A stretch of 64,000 bases of DNA from positions 25,356-89,355 of the forward strand of contig JAKPPS010000056.1 in NCBI GenBank assembly GCA_029547225.1. Reading direction: 5' to 3'. The notes beneath the pieces were generated by a model. It had not been told where the DNA came from and ran no database searches. It was given only the letters and a program-made list of their open reading frames with translations. The translations under genes and the position numbers were made by a program. The stretch comes from a bacterium (GTDB lineage: Bacteria; Patescibacteriota; Dojkabacteria; SC72; WJKH01). Every line of letters starts with the position of its first letter. The first letter of the stretch is position 1. Shown piece by piece: positions 37,478-46,144 of the stretch.

Positions 37478-39097
37478 TCAATCAATAATATAAAATAATG
37501 AACTTTGAGTAAGTTTTATTAGATATTGTGACTCATCCTTTTCGTAGTACAAATACTCATCTGGTTCAATAAGCCATAAAGTGTTTGATTCGATACTTCC
37601 ATCATCTGCATAAGAATTGTTATTTCGGTTTAATTCTGTAGTAAAAGCATACCATAATATTTCCGAGATTTCATTTTCTTCAAAAAGAATATTGCAATTC
37701 TTTACTGATTCTTCTTTTACATTAACTTCTTGCGGACTACTTGCATTGATTTCTCTATCGGACAAGTCAACTACTGCATTAAATATGCATTGATTCAAAC
37801 CCAAAGGAAAACCAAATTTATTCATCACTGATAAGGCTCTGCACAAATTGTTATCTTGTTTCGTGAAGCTCTCAGCTTCTTGCTGGTCATCTTGAGAAAT
37901 ATTTTTTGAGTCAGAGTACTCGAGGAGCTTGATAAATAAATCTTCTGAGGCTTTTCGTCCCCAATAAGATTCTCCATCTGACCACACATTACCCAAGTTA
38001 TTTACCGTATCCATCGGATCATTTAATAGATCCTGATTATCACACGTAGGATTACTTTTTTGCTTACAGATTGAAGACATTGAGGTAAAATAGTTTGTAA
38101 GAGTACTGCATTTCTCGCCACACTTCTCTGATTCGGACAAGCTCAAATCTAATAAAGTACATTCATATCTTCGATCATTACTTTTGTTAACAGTATAATT
38201 CTCGGCGCTAAAAACTGATGGGAGACCTTCCAATATTTCCAATGCTTTGCTGACATAATCACTTTTTTCTTCTAATTCTGAATTTGTATTAACATATTTA
38301 ATTAGAAATAATGAGTTTAGAAAGATAGTATACGGATCTTCTGACTCGGCATAATCTTTCAAAACAATATTATTGTTTTCACCATTTAATAAGAATAAAT
38401 CGTTCTTTGGGAGAGTCAAAGTCAGGCTATCATATTTCAAAATATTTTTATCGATTTGATACAAAGAATGAAGAAATCCGACATATCGATCAGCTGGCAT
38501 TTCCCCTTTAGCAATCTCAGATTCTTTAGTTTTATCGATATTATTTAAACTAATTTGGTAGTTTTCTGCTTCAAGGAAATAATCCTTGTTAAAAAACACT
38601 TTTTTTATGTAATCAATAAATTTCGGTTTATTTAAAGTGTTTTCAGATTGTAACAACCGAGGTCCATACACAATAGAATCTGTATTATCAAGAGAAATAT
38701 TTATTTTCTCGATTGGTAATAGGACTACATCTTGAACAATAACTTCTGAATCCAACTTTTCTAATGATTTTGAATAGTATTCAACTTTAATATTTTCTCC
38801 AGAATATGTAGCTGATTTAACATAAATATTCTTCCCATAAGTAAGTCTACATAGCTCTTTTTCTGAACCATCATAAATGGCAGTCAACAAAGGTAGCCTG
38901 AATTCATCGTGTGAAAAAGAAGTGTTTATCAAAGTAGCTTTATCACAATAGTTCCAATTTTTATAGCTAGTAAAAGAAATAATAAGAAAAATCGCAATCA
39001 ATAGAAAGGGTATAAGTAAAAAAAATAGCCAAGAATTCTTCCAATTACTTTGAGATTTATTCGTGTTATCGTTCAGAGACATAAGAGCAGTATTCAA
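37478..39097 (-). CDS. Exported or membrane-anchored orphan protein (539 aa) in the T4P operon
   Basis: N-terminal TM (WLFFLLIPFLLIAIFLIISF). No recognised domain. Its stop lies 41 nt upstream of the start of the 1201-aa gene. Confidence 0.6.
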   Translation of the reverse strand: MNTALMSLNDNTNKSQSNWKNSWLFFLLIPFLLIAIFLIISFTSYKNWNYCDKATLINTSFSHDEFRLPLLTAIYDGSEKELCRLTYGKNIYVKSATYSGENIKVEYYSKSLEKLDSEVIVQDVVLLPIEKINISLDNTDSIVYGPRLLQSENTLNKPKFIDYIKKVFFNKDYFLEAENYQISLNNIDKTKESEIAKGEMPADRYVGFLHSLYQIDKNILKYDSLTLTLPKNDLFLLNGENNNIVLKDYAESEDPYTIFLNSLFLIKYVNTNSELEEKSDYVSKALEILEGLPSVFSAENYTVNKSNDRRYECTLLDLSLSESEKCGEKCSTLTNYFTSMSSICKQKSNPTCDNQDLLNDPMDTVNNLGNVWSDGESYWGRKASEDLFIKLLEYSDSKNISQDDQQEAESFTKQDNNLCRALSVMNKFGFPLGLNQCIFNAVVDLSDREINASSPQEVNVKEESVKNCNILFEENEISEILWYAFTTELNRNNNSYADDGSIESNTLWLIEPDEYLYYEKDESQYLIKLTQSSLFYIID

Positions 39098-39158
39098 ATA
39101 TAAAAAACAGTATTACTGGACAAAACAAATTACTATCTTAAAAATCTTGTTATCAGAT

Positions 39159-39548
39159 TTACTTGCTTCCTAGATATTTCTCAATATTACTAATCAATTC
39201 CTCGGAAGAGATTTCTGTTTTGACAAAATACTCTGAAGCACCTAAAGTCAAGCATTCTTTAACAACTTTATCACTTACCATATTGGTTAAAATCACTACA
39301 GGTACACCATCATATTGATCCGGATGAGATTTGATTTGTCTCAATACTTCAATACCATCAATACCTGGCATCATAAGATCTAGCAATACTACTGCGACTG
39401 AGGATTTATTCTCTTCGATAAGCTTTAAACCTTTATATCCATCCGTAGCACCATATACCGTTGCTCCAGTTGACTCAATAACTTCAGTATAAGAGTCAAG
39501 CAAATCTTTCTCATCTTCAATAATAATCACAACTTTATTTGGATCCAT
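39159..39548 (-). CDS. Single-domain response regulator receiver (CheY/PilH-like)
   Basis: The receiver residues are in order: acidic pocket (IIIEDEKD), phospho-acceptor context VVLLDLMMPGIDG, Thr (VVILTNM) and Lys (YFVKT). There is no output domain. Confidence 0.85.
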   Translation of the reverse strand: MDPNKVVIIIEDEKDLLDSYTEVIESTGATVYGATDGYKGLKLIEENKSSVAVVLLDLMMPGIDGIEVLRQIKSHPDQYDGVPVVILTNMVSDKVVKECLTLGASEYFVKTEISSEELISNIEKYLGSK

Positions 39549-39678
39549 ATATTACAATATTTAATTTATCCTTTTCTACATAGTAAATATAATTATCTTA
39601 CAAGTCAATACTCTTTCCAAAAACATTAAACTCAAAAATCCTAGCAAGACATTAAATAAAACATGTATCAACACGGGT

Positions 39679-40638
39679 CTATTCAGTATAAGTCAAATCT
39701 CCATATCCATTATAAAGTACAAAATCAAAAAGTGATGGAGCAGAAGGCACCAGATCTTTGTAATAATAATTGGCTCTATAAGTACCACCACAATTCGTTG
39801 AAGCAACAACGATAACTTTAGGATCGAAGAAAATACAAGTAGACTCTATCTTAACATTCATATCACTCCCCAGAGCTTTTATCCGAACAGAGATGGTGTT
39901 TCCTGTACCCAAACTGTTTGTAACAACTGGCAGATTATATCCAGTGCTTTGATTGTACGAAATCCAGGATCCGCTCCAGTTTGTATCTCCATTAATTTTT
40001 AGGCCAACAATATTATCTGGTCCATTCTCAACGACAGAAATAACCTCCCCATTTACATCTCTACCACCTTCAAACCTTGAAATTATTGCCCCAGAAGATG
40101 TTTGTAGAGTAGGGGTCAATTTAATATTAGCTGTACATCCAGGCGTACTTACTGTACTCTTCACATTTAAATTGAGAGTCTCATCTTTCGAAATATTAAA
40201 TCCATCCTGATCAGAAGTCTGTTTAAAACAAAGTTCAGCAGTGGTATTTGTTTCGCCGGGACAATTTAAAGATTCTTTTACGATAACAGGATCAATACCA
40301 TCAAACTGAGTTAGATTGCCACCTGCAAAACAACATTCTTTACCTGAACCGAATTCGGGACATTTATCAACAATATCGTCAATTTCTATTGACTTTGAGA
40401 TCTCTACTAAAGAATCCGATACTTCAATTGCACCAGAAGAAAGGGTTTCCTCAGCAACTCGAGCATTTTGTTTCAAAGTCCTCGATACTAGTGCCAAAGC
40501 AATAAGTGCACAAATAAGTACAATAATTAGTACAAGAGCTAGTGCTTGAGATTCATACCTAGTATCATTTATTGATTTTCCTGGAAGCTTTCTGGCACAA
40601 GAATTACCTTTTAGTGTATAAAGAATGTCTTTAATCAT
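39679..40638 (-). CDS. PilX-like minor pilin candidate
   Basis: The N-terminal hydrophobic helix ESQALALVLIIVLICALIALALV resembles a PilX_N segment. The gene sits last in the minor-pilin string. No canonical G/F-x-x-x-E site is present. Confidence 0.4.
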   Translation of the reverse strand: MIKDILYTLKGNSCARKLPGKSINDTRYESQALALVLIIVLICALIALALVSRTLKQNARVAEETLSSGAIEVSDSLVEISKSIEIDDIVDKCPEFGSGKECCFAGGNLTQFDGIDPVIVKESLNCPGETNTTAELCFKQTSDQDGFNISKDETLNLNVKSTVSTPGCTANIKLTPTLQTSSGAIISRFEGGRDVNGEVISVVENGPDNIVGLKINGDTNWSGSWISYNQSTGYNLPVVTNSLGTGNTISVRIKALGSDMNVKIESTCIFFDPKVIVVASTNCGGTYRANYYYKDLVPSAPSLFDFVLYNGYGDLTYTE

Positions 40639-40810
40639 ATTTTAATATAACATATATATTATTTTATTTCGACAAATTGACACAAAAGTTTATATTCTAG
40701 AAATGCCACAAACAATATATTTCTCTTGTTCCTAAGTTCTGTACTTTTTCTACAATAGCTTATGGTATTTATAGAATTCAGTTTTTTATATCAATTTTCC
40801 TAGAAAACTT

Positions 40811-41533
40811 TTAGTTACTACTCATCTTATTTGTAGTAATATACAGGTCTTGGTTAATCGCTCTTGGTAACTCAGAATTTCCATATTTCTTGGTGGGTTG
40901 ACCAGAAAGTTTAATCCGATAAAAGACATTTTGAGAGCCTCCGGAAAAGTACGTAGCGTCAAATTGTGTAAAGTTTACCTGCGATGTGTTCAACTTCATT
41001 ATATTCTTTTTATATTCTGAAGTTGTAGAATCAAAGCAGCTAGCATGATTGCTCAGATTTTTGTAAGATGTTTTAAACAAATATCCTTTACCCTCAGAAT
41101 CGACAAAATAGCCTATACATATCCATCTATCAGAATTAAATGGTAATAGGTGAATTTCATTTCCAATATTGCTTTCACCTTCATCCAGAGGAGCAGAGAA
41201 CTCACCAGAAGATGATGGATTCCTTGTAATAACATCATTAGTAGAATCATAGTAGTAATATTCTCTGGAGTTAAACAAGAAAACACTACTTGGATTACTC
41301 TGCTTAATTGTTCGCTTTATCAGCTCCATCGTAAAATCGGTTTGATTCAAAGATTCCATGCGTGCACTTGATACAAAAGAGACCTGAAGTAACGAATTAA
41401 GACTGAGGCCAATTATTAACATTACAACAGAGACAACTGCCACAGAAATAATCATCTCGACAAGAGAATATGCTTCATATTCTGAATTCCTGCCAATTAG
41501 TTGTACTTTATTTGAATTTCGTAATTTTCTCAT
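40811..41533 (-). CDS. PilW-like minor pilin with a prepilin-type N-terminus
   Basis: EYEA/YSLVEMIISVAVVSVVMLIIGL has Glu at +5 if cleaved after Ala. Confidence 0.55.
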   Translation of the reverse strand: MRKLRNSNKVQLIGRNSEYEAYSLVEMIISVAVVSVVMLIIGLSLNSLLQVSFVSSARMESLNQTDFTMELIKRTIKQSNPSSVFLFNSREYYYYDSTNDVITRNPSSSGEFSAPLDEGESNIGNEIHLLPFNSDRWICIGYFVDSEGKGYLFKTSYKNLSNHASCFDSTTSEYKKNIMKLNTSQVNFTQFDATYFSGGSQNVFYRIKLSGQPTKKYGNSELPRAINQDLYITTNKMSSN

Positions 41534-41559
41534 TATCGATTTATTTTAATCAAACACAC

Positions 41560-42141
41560 TTAATTAAGTTTTAAAACAACATTTTTCTCCTGATCGGAAA
41601 TTAAACATGATTTTGTAAAAGCTACTTTGCGACAATCAATCCTCCCAGAATATATTACACCTGTTACAATACCAGAATCCCCATCATATGAATTGATACA
41701 AAAACTTGCAAAATCACCTTCTTCTAAATCATCTACAATTGCTTTCGTACGACACTTATTATCTCGATTTTTCAACGAAGCATAATCACAAATCGGAGAG
41801 CTAAATGAAGGGCTCGAAATATCTCCCTGAATTCGATAACACATTTTCCAATCATCCCCCTCATTAAATGGAAAGTACGATGGCTCATCAAGTTCTTTTG
41901 AGTTTTCTAAATCAGCAAGCCTTGTTACTTTTGCTGATACGCCTTCCATTTCCCTCACAAGCCTCTCAGTTACTTCAATACGATCCATATTCATATAAGT
42001 ATCTTGAGCTAGAGACAGAAAAACAACTCCAGCAACGGATGCAAGAAAAAGAGCTAAAAGTGCTTCAACGAGACCTTGAGCTTTATAGCTAGTGAGTTCA
42101 TTATTATCATTTTTTATTCTTTTTGTATTACTTTTATTCAT
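41560..42141 (-). CDS. PilV-like minor pilin candidate
   Basis: YKA/QGLVEALLALFLASVAGVVFLSL has Glu at +5 if cleaved after Ala. Confidence 0.45.
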   Translation of the reverse strand: MNKSNTKRIKNDNNELTSYKAQGLVEALLALFLASVAGVVFLSLAQDTYMNMDRIEVTERLVREMEGVSAKVTRLADLENSKELDEPSYFPFNEGDDWKMCYRIQGDISSPSFSSPICDYASLKNRDNKCRTKAIVDDLEEGDFASFCINSYDGDSGIVTGVIYSGRIDCRKVAFTKSCLISDQEKNVVLKLN

Positions 42142-42196
42142 TTTATACTTTTTAGTACTGATATTTAAGTAATATCCTAAGCGAAATAAAATATTT

Positions 42197-43111
42197 TTAC
42201 TCTAAACTTTTAACAGGATCAAGAATAATTGGATCAGATTTTATTGGGTCTGTAGTGCCTGAATCGTCCTTGGGAATCTCTTCATTGACAGGAGGAACAA
42301 TATTTCCATCATCGATTGGTTTTGCTACATCTGCATCACCTGGATAATTATCAACAACTGATACTTGCCCAGATACACGATTCACCACAATATCTTTTGT
42401 AAAATTTCCTGCTGACAAACTGATTACTGCAGGAACTTGTTTATCATCAATCTGTACAGCGCCTGAGATATAAGCATAGTTCAGCAAATTTCCTGAGGCA
42501 TCATACATAAAAGCTCTACCTGTAACCGATTCGAATAGAATATATTTTGGATTTTTTGAAGAGGTAGCCTCGGTTTTTGACTTTACAATACTATTTAACG
42601 AAGTCACTCCTCTTCCTGAAACTGGGACTAAAGTGTTTGCAGTTAGCGCATTACAACTTGTTTTAGTTATAGTACTACCTGACATATCAATTGGTAAATT
42701 ACCATTTCCTATTAATATTGGTTTCTTTTCGTCGAAATATGGAAGTTCTCCGCGCAATTTAGCTTGAGAAGGATCATAATCAGGATACTCAGAACACCAC
42801 TTGAAAATCGTATAATTCCCATTTTCGATTTGAGAAAGATCAACACCGATACCATACATCCAATATTCTCCAGCTTCCCTTCGTAAAGTCATGGAAGATC
42901 GCTGTGCCCAAGAGATATCCTGAGCCAATAATCTGACATCTTCATTTAGAGCAATAGAATTTCGAATACCTGTAAATGCCGAACCAGTCACTGCAAATAG
43001 GATAATAGTGATTGCTATTACAACCAACATTTCAACCATGGAAAATCCTTGAAAATATTCTCTTTCGATTCTTGTTTTATTTTTTTTTAGATTGTGGGGC
43101 AATTGAAGCAT
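42197..43111 (-). CDS. GspH/FimT-like pseudopilin with a canonical prepilin signal
   Basis: REYFQG/FSMVEMLVVIAITIILFAV is followed by a GspH-like region (LLAQDISWAQRSSMTLRR). Confidence 0.65.
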   Translation of the reverse strand: MLQLPHNLKKNKTRIEREYFQGFSMVEMLVVIAITIILFAVTGSAFTGIRNSIALNEDVRLLAQDISWAQRSSMTLRREAGEYWMYGIGVDLSQIENGNYTIFKWCSEYPDYDPSQAKLRGELPYFDEKKPILIGNGNLPIDMSGSTITKTSCNALTANTLVPVSGRGVTSLNSIVKSKTEATSSKNPKYILFESVTGRAFMYDASGNLLNYAYISGAVQIDDKQVPAVISLSAGNFTKDIVVNRVSGQVSVVDNYPGDADVAKPIDDGNIVPPVNEEIPKDDSGTTDPIKSDPIILDPVKSLE

Positions 43112-43263
43112 TTTCTCTAACCCATTAATAATTATCCGCGAACGCTACTTATAGATATTAGCATAAGATTGTTCTCTTCTCAAATAGGATCTATTTCAAA
43201 AAGCATAATAAGCTGTCTAAATAGTTGAATTAATATGTGAAAGGAAGATAAACCTGAGATATG

Positions 43264-44073
43264 CTACATAAACAAAAATCCGATGTCCCAATAATCATAT
43301 CCACAATTAGTTAATATCAATGAGATAACATAACCTATTGAAATAAAGGGAATCAGTGGAATATAACTTTTCAAAGTGATTTTTTTGAAAAGCAACATAA
43401 TAATTATGTATATTAAACTAACTAGTAGAGTTACAAACAAGACAAGTAATATCATAAATTTGTTCAAGAAAATTCCCAAACCTAATAATATAAGTACATC
43501 ACCAAATCCAAACGATTTCTTGAAGATATTTAATAACATCATTATCACAACTACAATCATAGTTGCCGAAAGCGAAAAGAACTTTGCAGTAAAAAAATCC
43601 GTGCCATAATAGAATTGATTTGCGACAAATATCTCTATGGTTACAAGGAGCGATAATATTAAAAATAAGTGAACAACTTTTCTTGGTATCGACCGGCTAT
43701 TAATATCAAAGAAGGACATGAAAAACAAAAATGCAAGAATAACATAAAATTCCGCTTGTACATCACAATATGCGAATGCTCCAAAACTTGCACCCAGAAA
43801 TAATTCAGAGATAGGGTAGATGAATGGGATTTTTGCTTTACAATGAATACATTTTCCACCAATGAATAAATAGCCAAAGAAAGGTATAAGTGCATACCAC
43901 GGAATATTCTTTTTACATCTATCGCAGTTGGAGGATTCAAAAAGAAGGGCTCTTAATTCAGAACCCTTCTCAATCCTAAAAACCAATGTATGGAGGAAAC
44001 TTGCAATACACATACCAATTAGGCCTAAGAATATTGCAAGAATCGTATTATTCATATCATCAATTATTGCCAA
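43264..44073 (-). CDS. pilD: Prepilin peptidase (A24 family)
   Basis: Zn-finger-like CDRCKKNIPWYALIPFFGYLFIGGKCIHCKAKI, multiple TMs, and the FGFGDV Asp-box context. It overlaps the pilin gene by 10 nt. Confidence 0.85.
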   Translation of the reverse strand: MAIIDDMNNTILAIFLGLIGMCIASFLHTLVFRIEKGSELRALLFESSNCDRCKKNIPWYALIPFFGYLFIGGKCIHCKAKIPFIYPISELFLGASFGAFAYCDVQAEFYVILAFLFFMSFFDINSRSIPRKVVHLFLILSLLVTIEIFVANQFYYGTDFFTAKFFSLSATMIVVVIMMLLNIFKKSFGFGDVLILLGLGIFLNKFMILLVLFVTLLVSLIYIIIMLLFKKITLKSYIPLIPFISIGYVISLILTNCGYDYWDIGFLFM

Positions 44074-44615
44074 GCCTTATCTTCACCTGACCATGTTCCA
44101 GGAATACACCTATCTGCTGGTAGACAGCCAAGAATTTTACCATATGCTGATGTAAGATTTGCATCATATTTTATTAATCTATCAGTTGCAGGAGTGCCAG
44201 TTGGCAATGAATTAAATCCATTTCCTTCACAATATAAATCCTCTTTTGAACTTTTATCTGACCCACCAAGATAAACACAAGCTAGGAAAGAGTTTCTATC
44301 TTCGGAAACCATATAATAATATATTGCATCATTACCACCATCAAAACCACCTAAGTAGTCAACTAATGTAGTCTCAACTAGAGTTTCAAAACTACCTGTT
44401 GCTTCAGGATAAGATAGTGTCTGATTATAATAAGCTGTTAAAGCTGTAGAAATTGTACTTGCACCCTTTTTATGTGCTGTATCTGCAGCATTCTGGATGA
44501 TAGCTCTACCACCAAAAAAACCTACTGCACTAAGTAGTACGATTATCGCCATGACGACAAGCATCTCGACGAGAGTAAAACCTTTATATGTTTTTCTCAT
44601 ATTAAATAATAACAA
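44064..44615 (-). CDS. pilA: Type IV pilin (candidate major pilin)
   Basis: MRKTYKG/FTLVEMLVVMAIIVLLSAV is a canonical class III signal, and Cys residues in the C-terminal region could form a D-region disulfide. The likely true start is the ATG at 44600. Confidence 0.75.
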   Translation of the reverse strand: MLLFNMRKTYKGFTLVEMLVVMAIIVLLSAVGFFGGRAIIQNAADTAHKKGASTISTALTAYYNQTLSYPEATGSFETLVETTLVDYLGGFDGGNDAIYYYMVSEDRNSFLACVYLGGSDKSSKEDLYCEGNGFNSLPTGTPATDRLIKYDANLTSAYGKILGCLPADRCIPGTWSGEDKAWQ

Positions 44616-44759
44616 ATTATTTAGGGCAATATTTGAGAGAAACGAACACTCATCATATTACTCATTCCAGAATATCACTTGACAAGTTATAAGTCAAATT
44701 GATTAATATTTTTTACTCGAAGTATATATCCAATTTTGCTGCAATTAATTATCCACTAA

Positions 44760-45977
44760 TTATCCACCAAAAGCGCTCGAGAGACTAAACATCGGCATGT
44801 AAACAGCAAGTGCAATAAATCCTACAATAACACCCATTATTATAAGCATTACAGGTTCAAGTAGGGTAGAGAGGGTATCAGACATAACATCAACCTCTTC
44901 TTCATAATATTCTGATAATTTGCCCAAAACCTCATCAAGTTTACCAGTCTCTTCACCAACTGCTACCATCTGACTCACAATCAAAGGAAATGCCGTAACA
45001 CGAGAGAGTGGGAGAGCAAGCGGAATACCTTTTTCGATATCTTTTTTAGCATCTTGTACGCCAAACCTAAAAACGAGATTTGTTAGAGAATAAGAAGTTA
45101 ATTCAAGAGCAGACAATATTGGTAATCCACTTTTCATCAATAAAGATAGTATTCTCGAGAATTGCGCTATTTGAATATTTGAAATAAGCTTACCAAAGAC
45201 AGGAATCTTTAAAGCAATTTTGCTAAACATCAATTTCCCAGCTGGAGTATCAGTATAAACCTTAATAACAATACCTATCACAGCGGCAAAGATAAGAAAT
45301 ACCCACCAATAAGTGACAAAAGTATTACTCATAGCAATAACTGCTTTTGTAACCCATGGAAGTTCTGCACCTGCATCATCGAACATCTGTTTTATTGAAG
45401 GGACTAAGACAACCATCAACAACACAACAACTGTAATAACAACTACCAAGATAATAATTGGATATGTGGTAGCAGACTTAATCCTTTGTTGTACTTTACT
45501 GTTTTTCTCAAGTTCTATAGCTAATCTTTCAAGTATCGTATCAAGATTACCACTTTGCTCTCCAGCATCAATTAGGTTTATCGTAATTGTATCAAAGACA
45601 TCAGGATATTTTGCTAATGACGCAGATAAACTCAGACCTCCCTCGACATCAGATAATACTAAACCGAGTACCTTTTTAAACCTAGGATTTTGCGCTTGCT
45701 CACGCAAGATCTGTAAAGCTCGTGGCAATGCCAAACCTGCTGATATCATTGTTGAAAGCTGTCGCATAAAAACAACTTTATCCTTCATCGGAACTCCACC
45801 GATATTTATTTCCTTTAGTTTATCCAGATTAAAACCAATATCTTCTGCAACTTCGACTATAGTCAGATCCTTCTTTTGTAAAGTGTCAACAACTTGATTG
45901 CTATCTTTTGCCTCCATACTTCCTTTTACGATAGCACCTTCCTTTGTTCGTGCAGAATATTTAAATTTTCTTGCCAT
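44760..45977 (-). CDS. pilC: Type IV pilus platform protein PilC (GspF family)
   Basis: Duplicated T2SSF domains, three TM segments, and blocks such as FMRQLSTMISAGLALPRAL and FSRILSLLMKSGLPILSAL. Confidence 0.9.
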   Translation of the reverse strand: MARKFKYSARTKEGAIVKGSMEAKDSNQVVDTLQKKDLTIVEVAEDIGFNLDKLKEINIGGVPMKDKVVFMRQLSTMISAGLALPRALQILREQAQNPRFKKVLGLVLSDVEGGLSLSASLAKYPDVFDTITINLIDAGEQSGNLDTILERLAIELEKNSKVQQRIKSATTYPIIILVVVITVVVLLMVVLVPSIKQMFDDAGAELPWVTKAVIAMSNTFVTYWWVFLIFAAVIGIVIKVYTDTPAGKLMFSKIALKIPVFGKLISNIQIAQFSRILSLLMKSGLPILSALELTSYSLTNLVFRFGVQDAKKDIEKGIPLALPLSRVTAFPLIVSQMVAVGEETGKLDEVLGKLSEYYEEEVDVMSDTLSTLLEPVMLIIMGVIVGFIALAVYMPMFSLSSAFGG

Positions 45978-46144
45978 TTTTCATTTTTTTATTATTTTAT
46001 TTTTTCACTAAAATTTCTTGCTATTTTTTCACGCATAAAATTCTTTACAAATTCAACACGCGATAACAAATTTAATATGCGACAACTTACTTTTTGTTAT
46101 CAATTCTCGATTTCTACTATTACACCATTAATACTAACACATAT

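Noticed and set aside
44747-44768. Two tandem DnaA-box-like sequences (AATTATCCAC-T-AATTATCCAC-C; TTATCCAC matches 8 of 9 positions of TTATCCACA), considered as a possible replication origin.
   Set aside because: Only two boxes are present, and the second overlaps the pilC stop codon. No dnaA, dnaN or AT-rich unwinding element is adjacent, and they sit in the middle of an operon. More likely this is an 11-bp tandem duplication at the 3' end of pilC.
45313-45897. Long antisense ORFs opposite well-supported genes: 45313-45897 vs pilC, 16237-16719 vs the surface protein, 31622-32074 vs pilN, 54256-54696 vs gyrB, 59613-60062 vs gyrA, 8323-8652 vs tyrS.
   Set aside because: Each lies entirely within a gene with strong motif support on the other strand. 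Their translations are low-complexity Ser/Ile/Phe/Leu-rich strings typical of shadow frames in AT-rich DNA. None has a promoter-like element or a recognisable motif.
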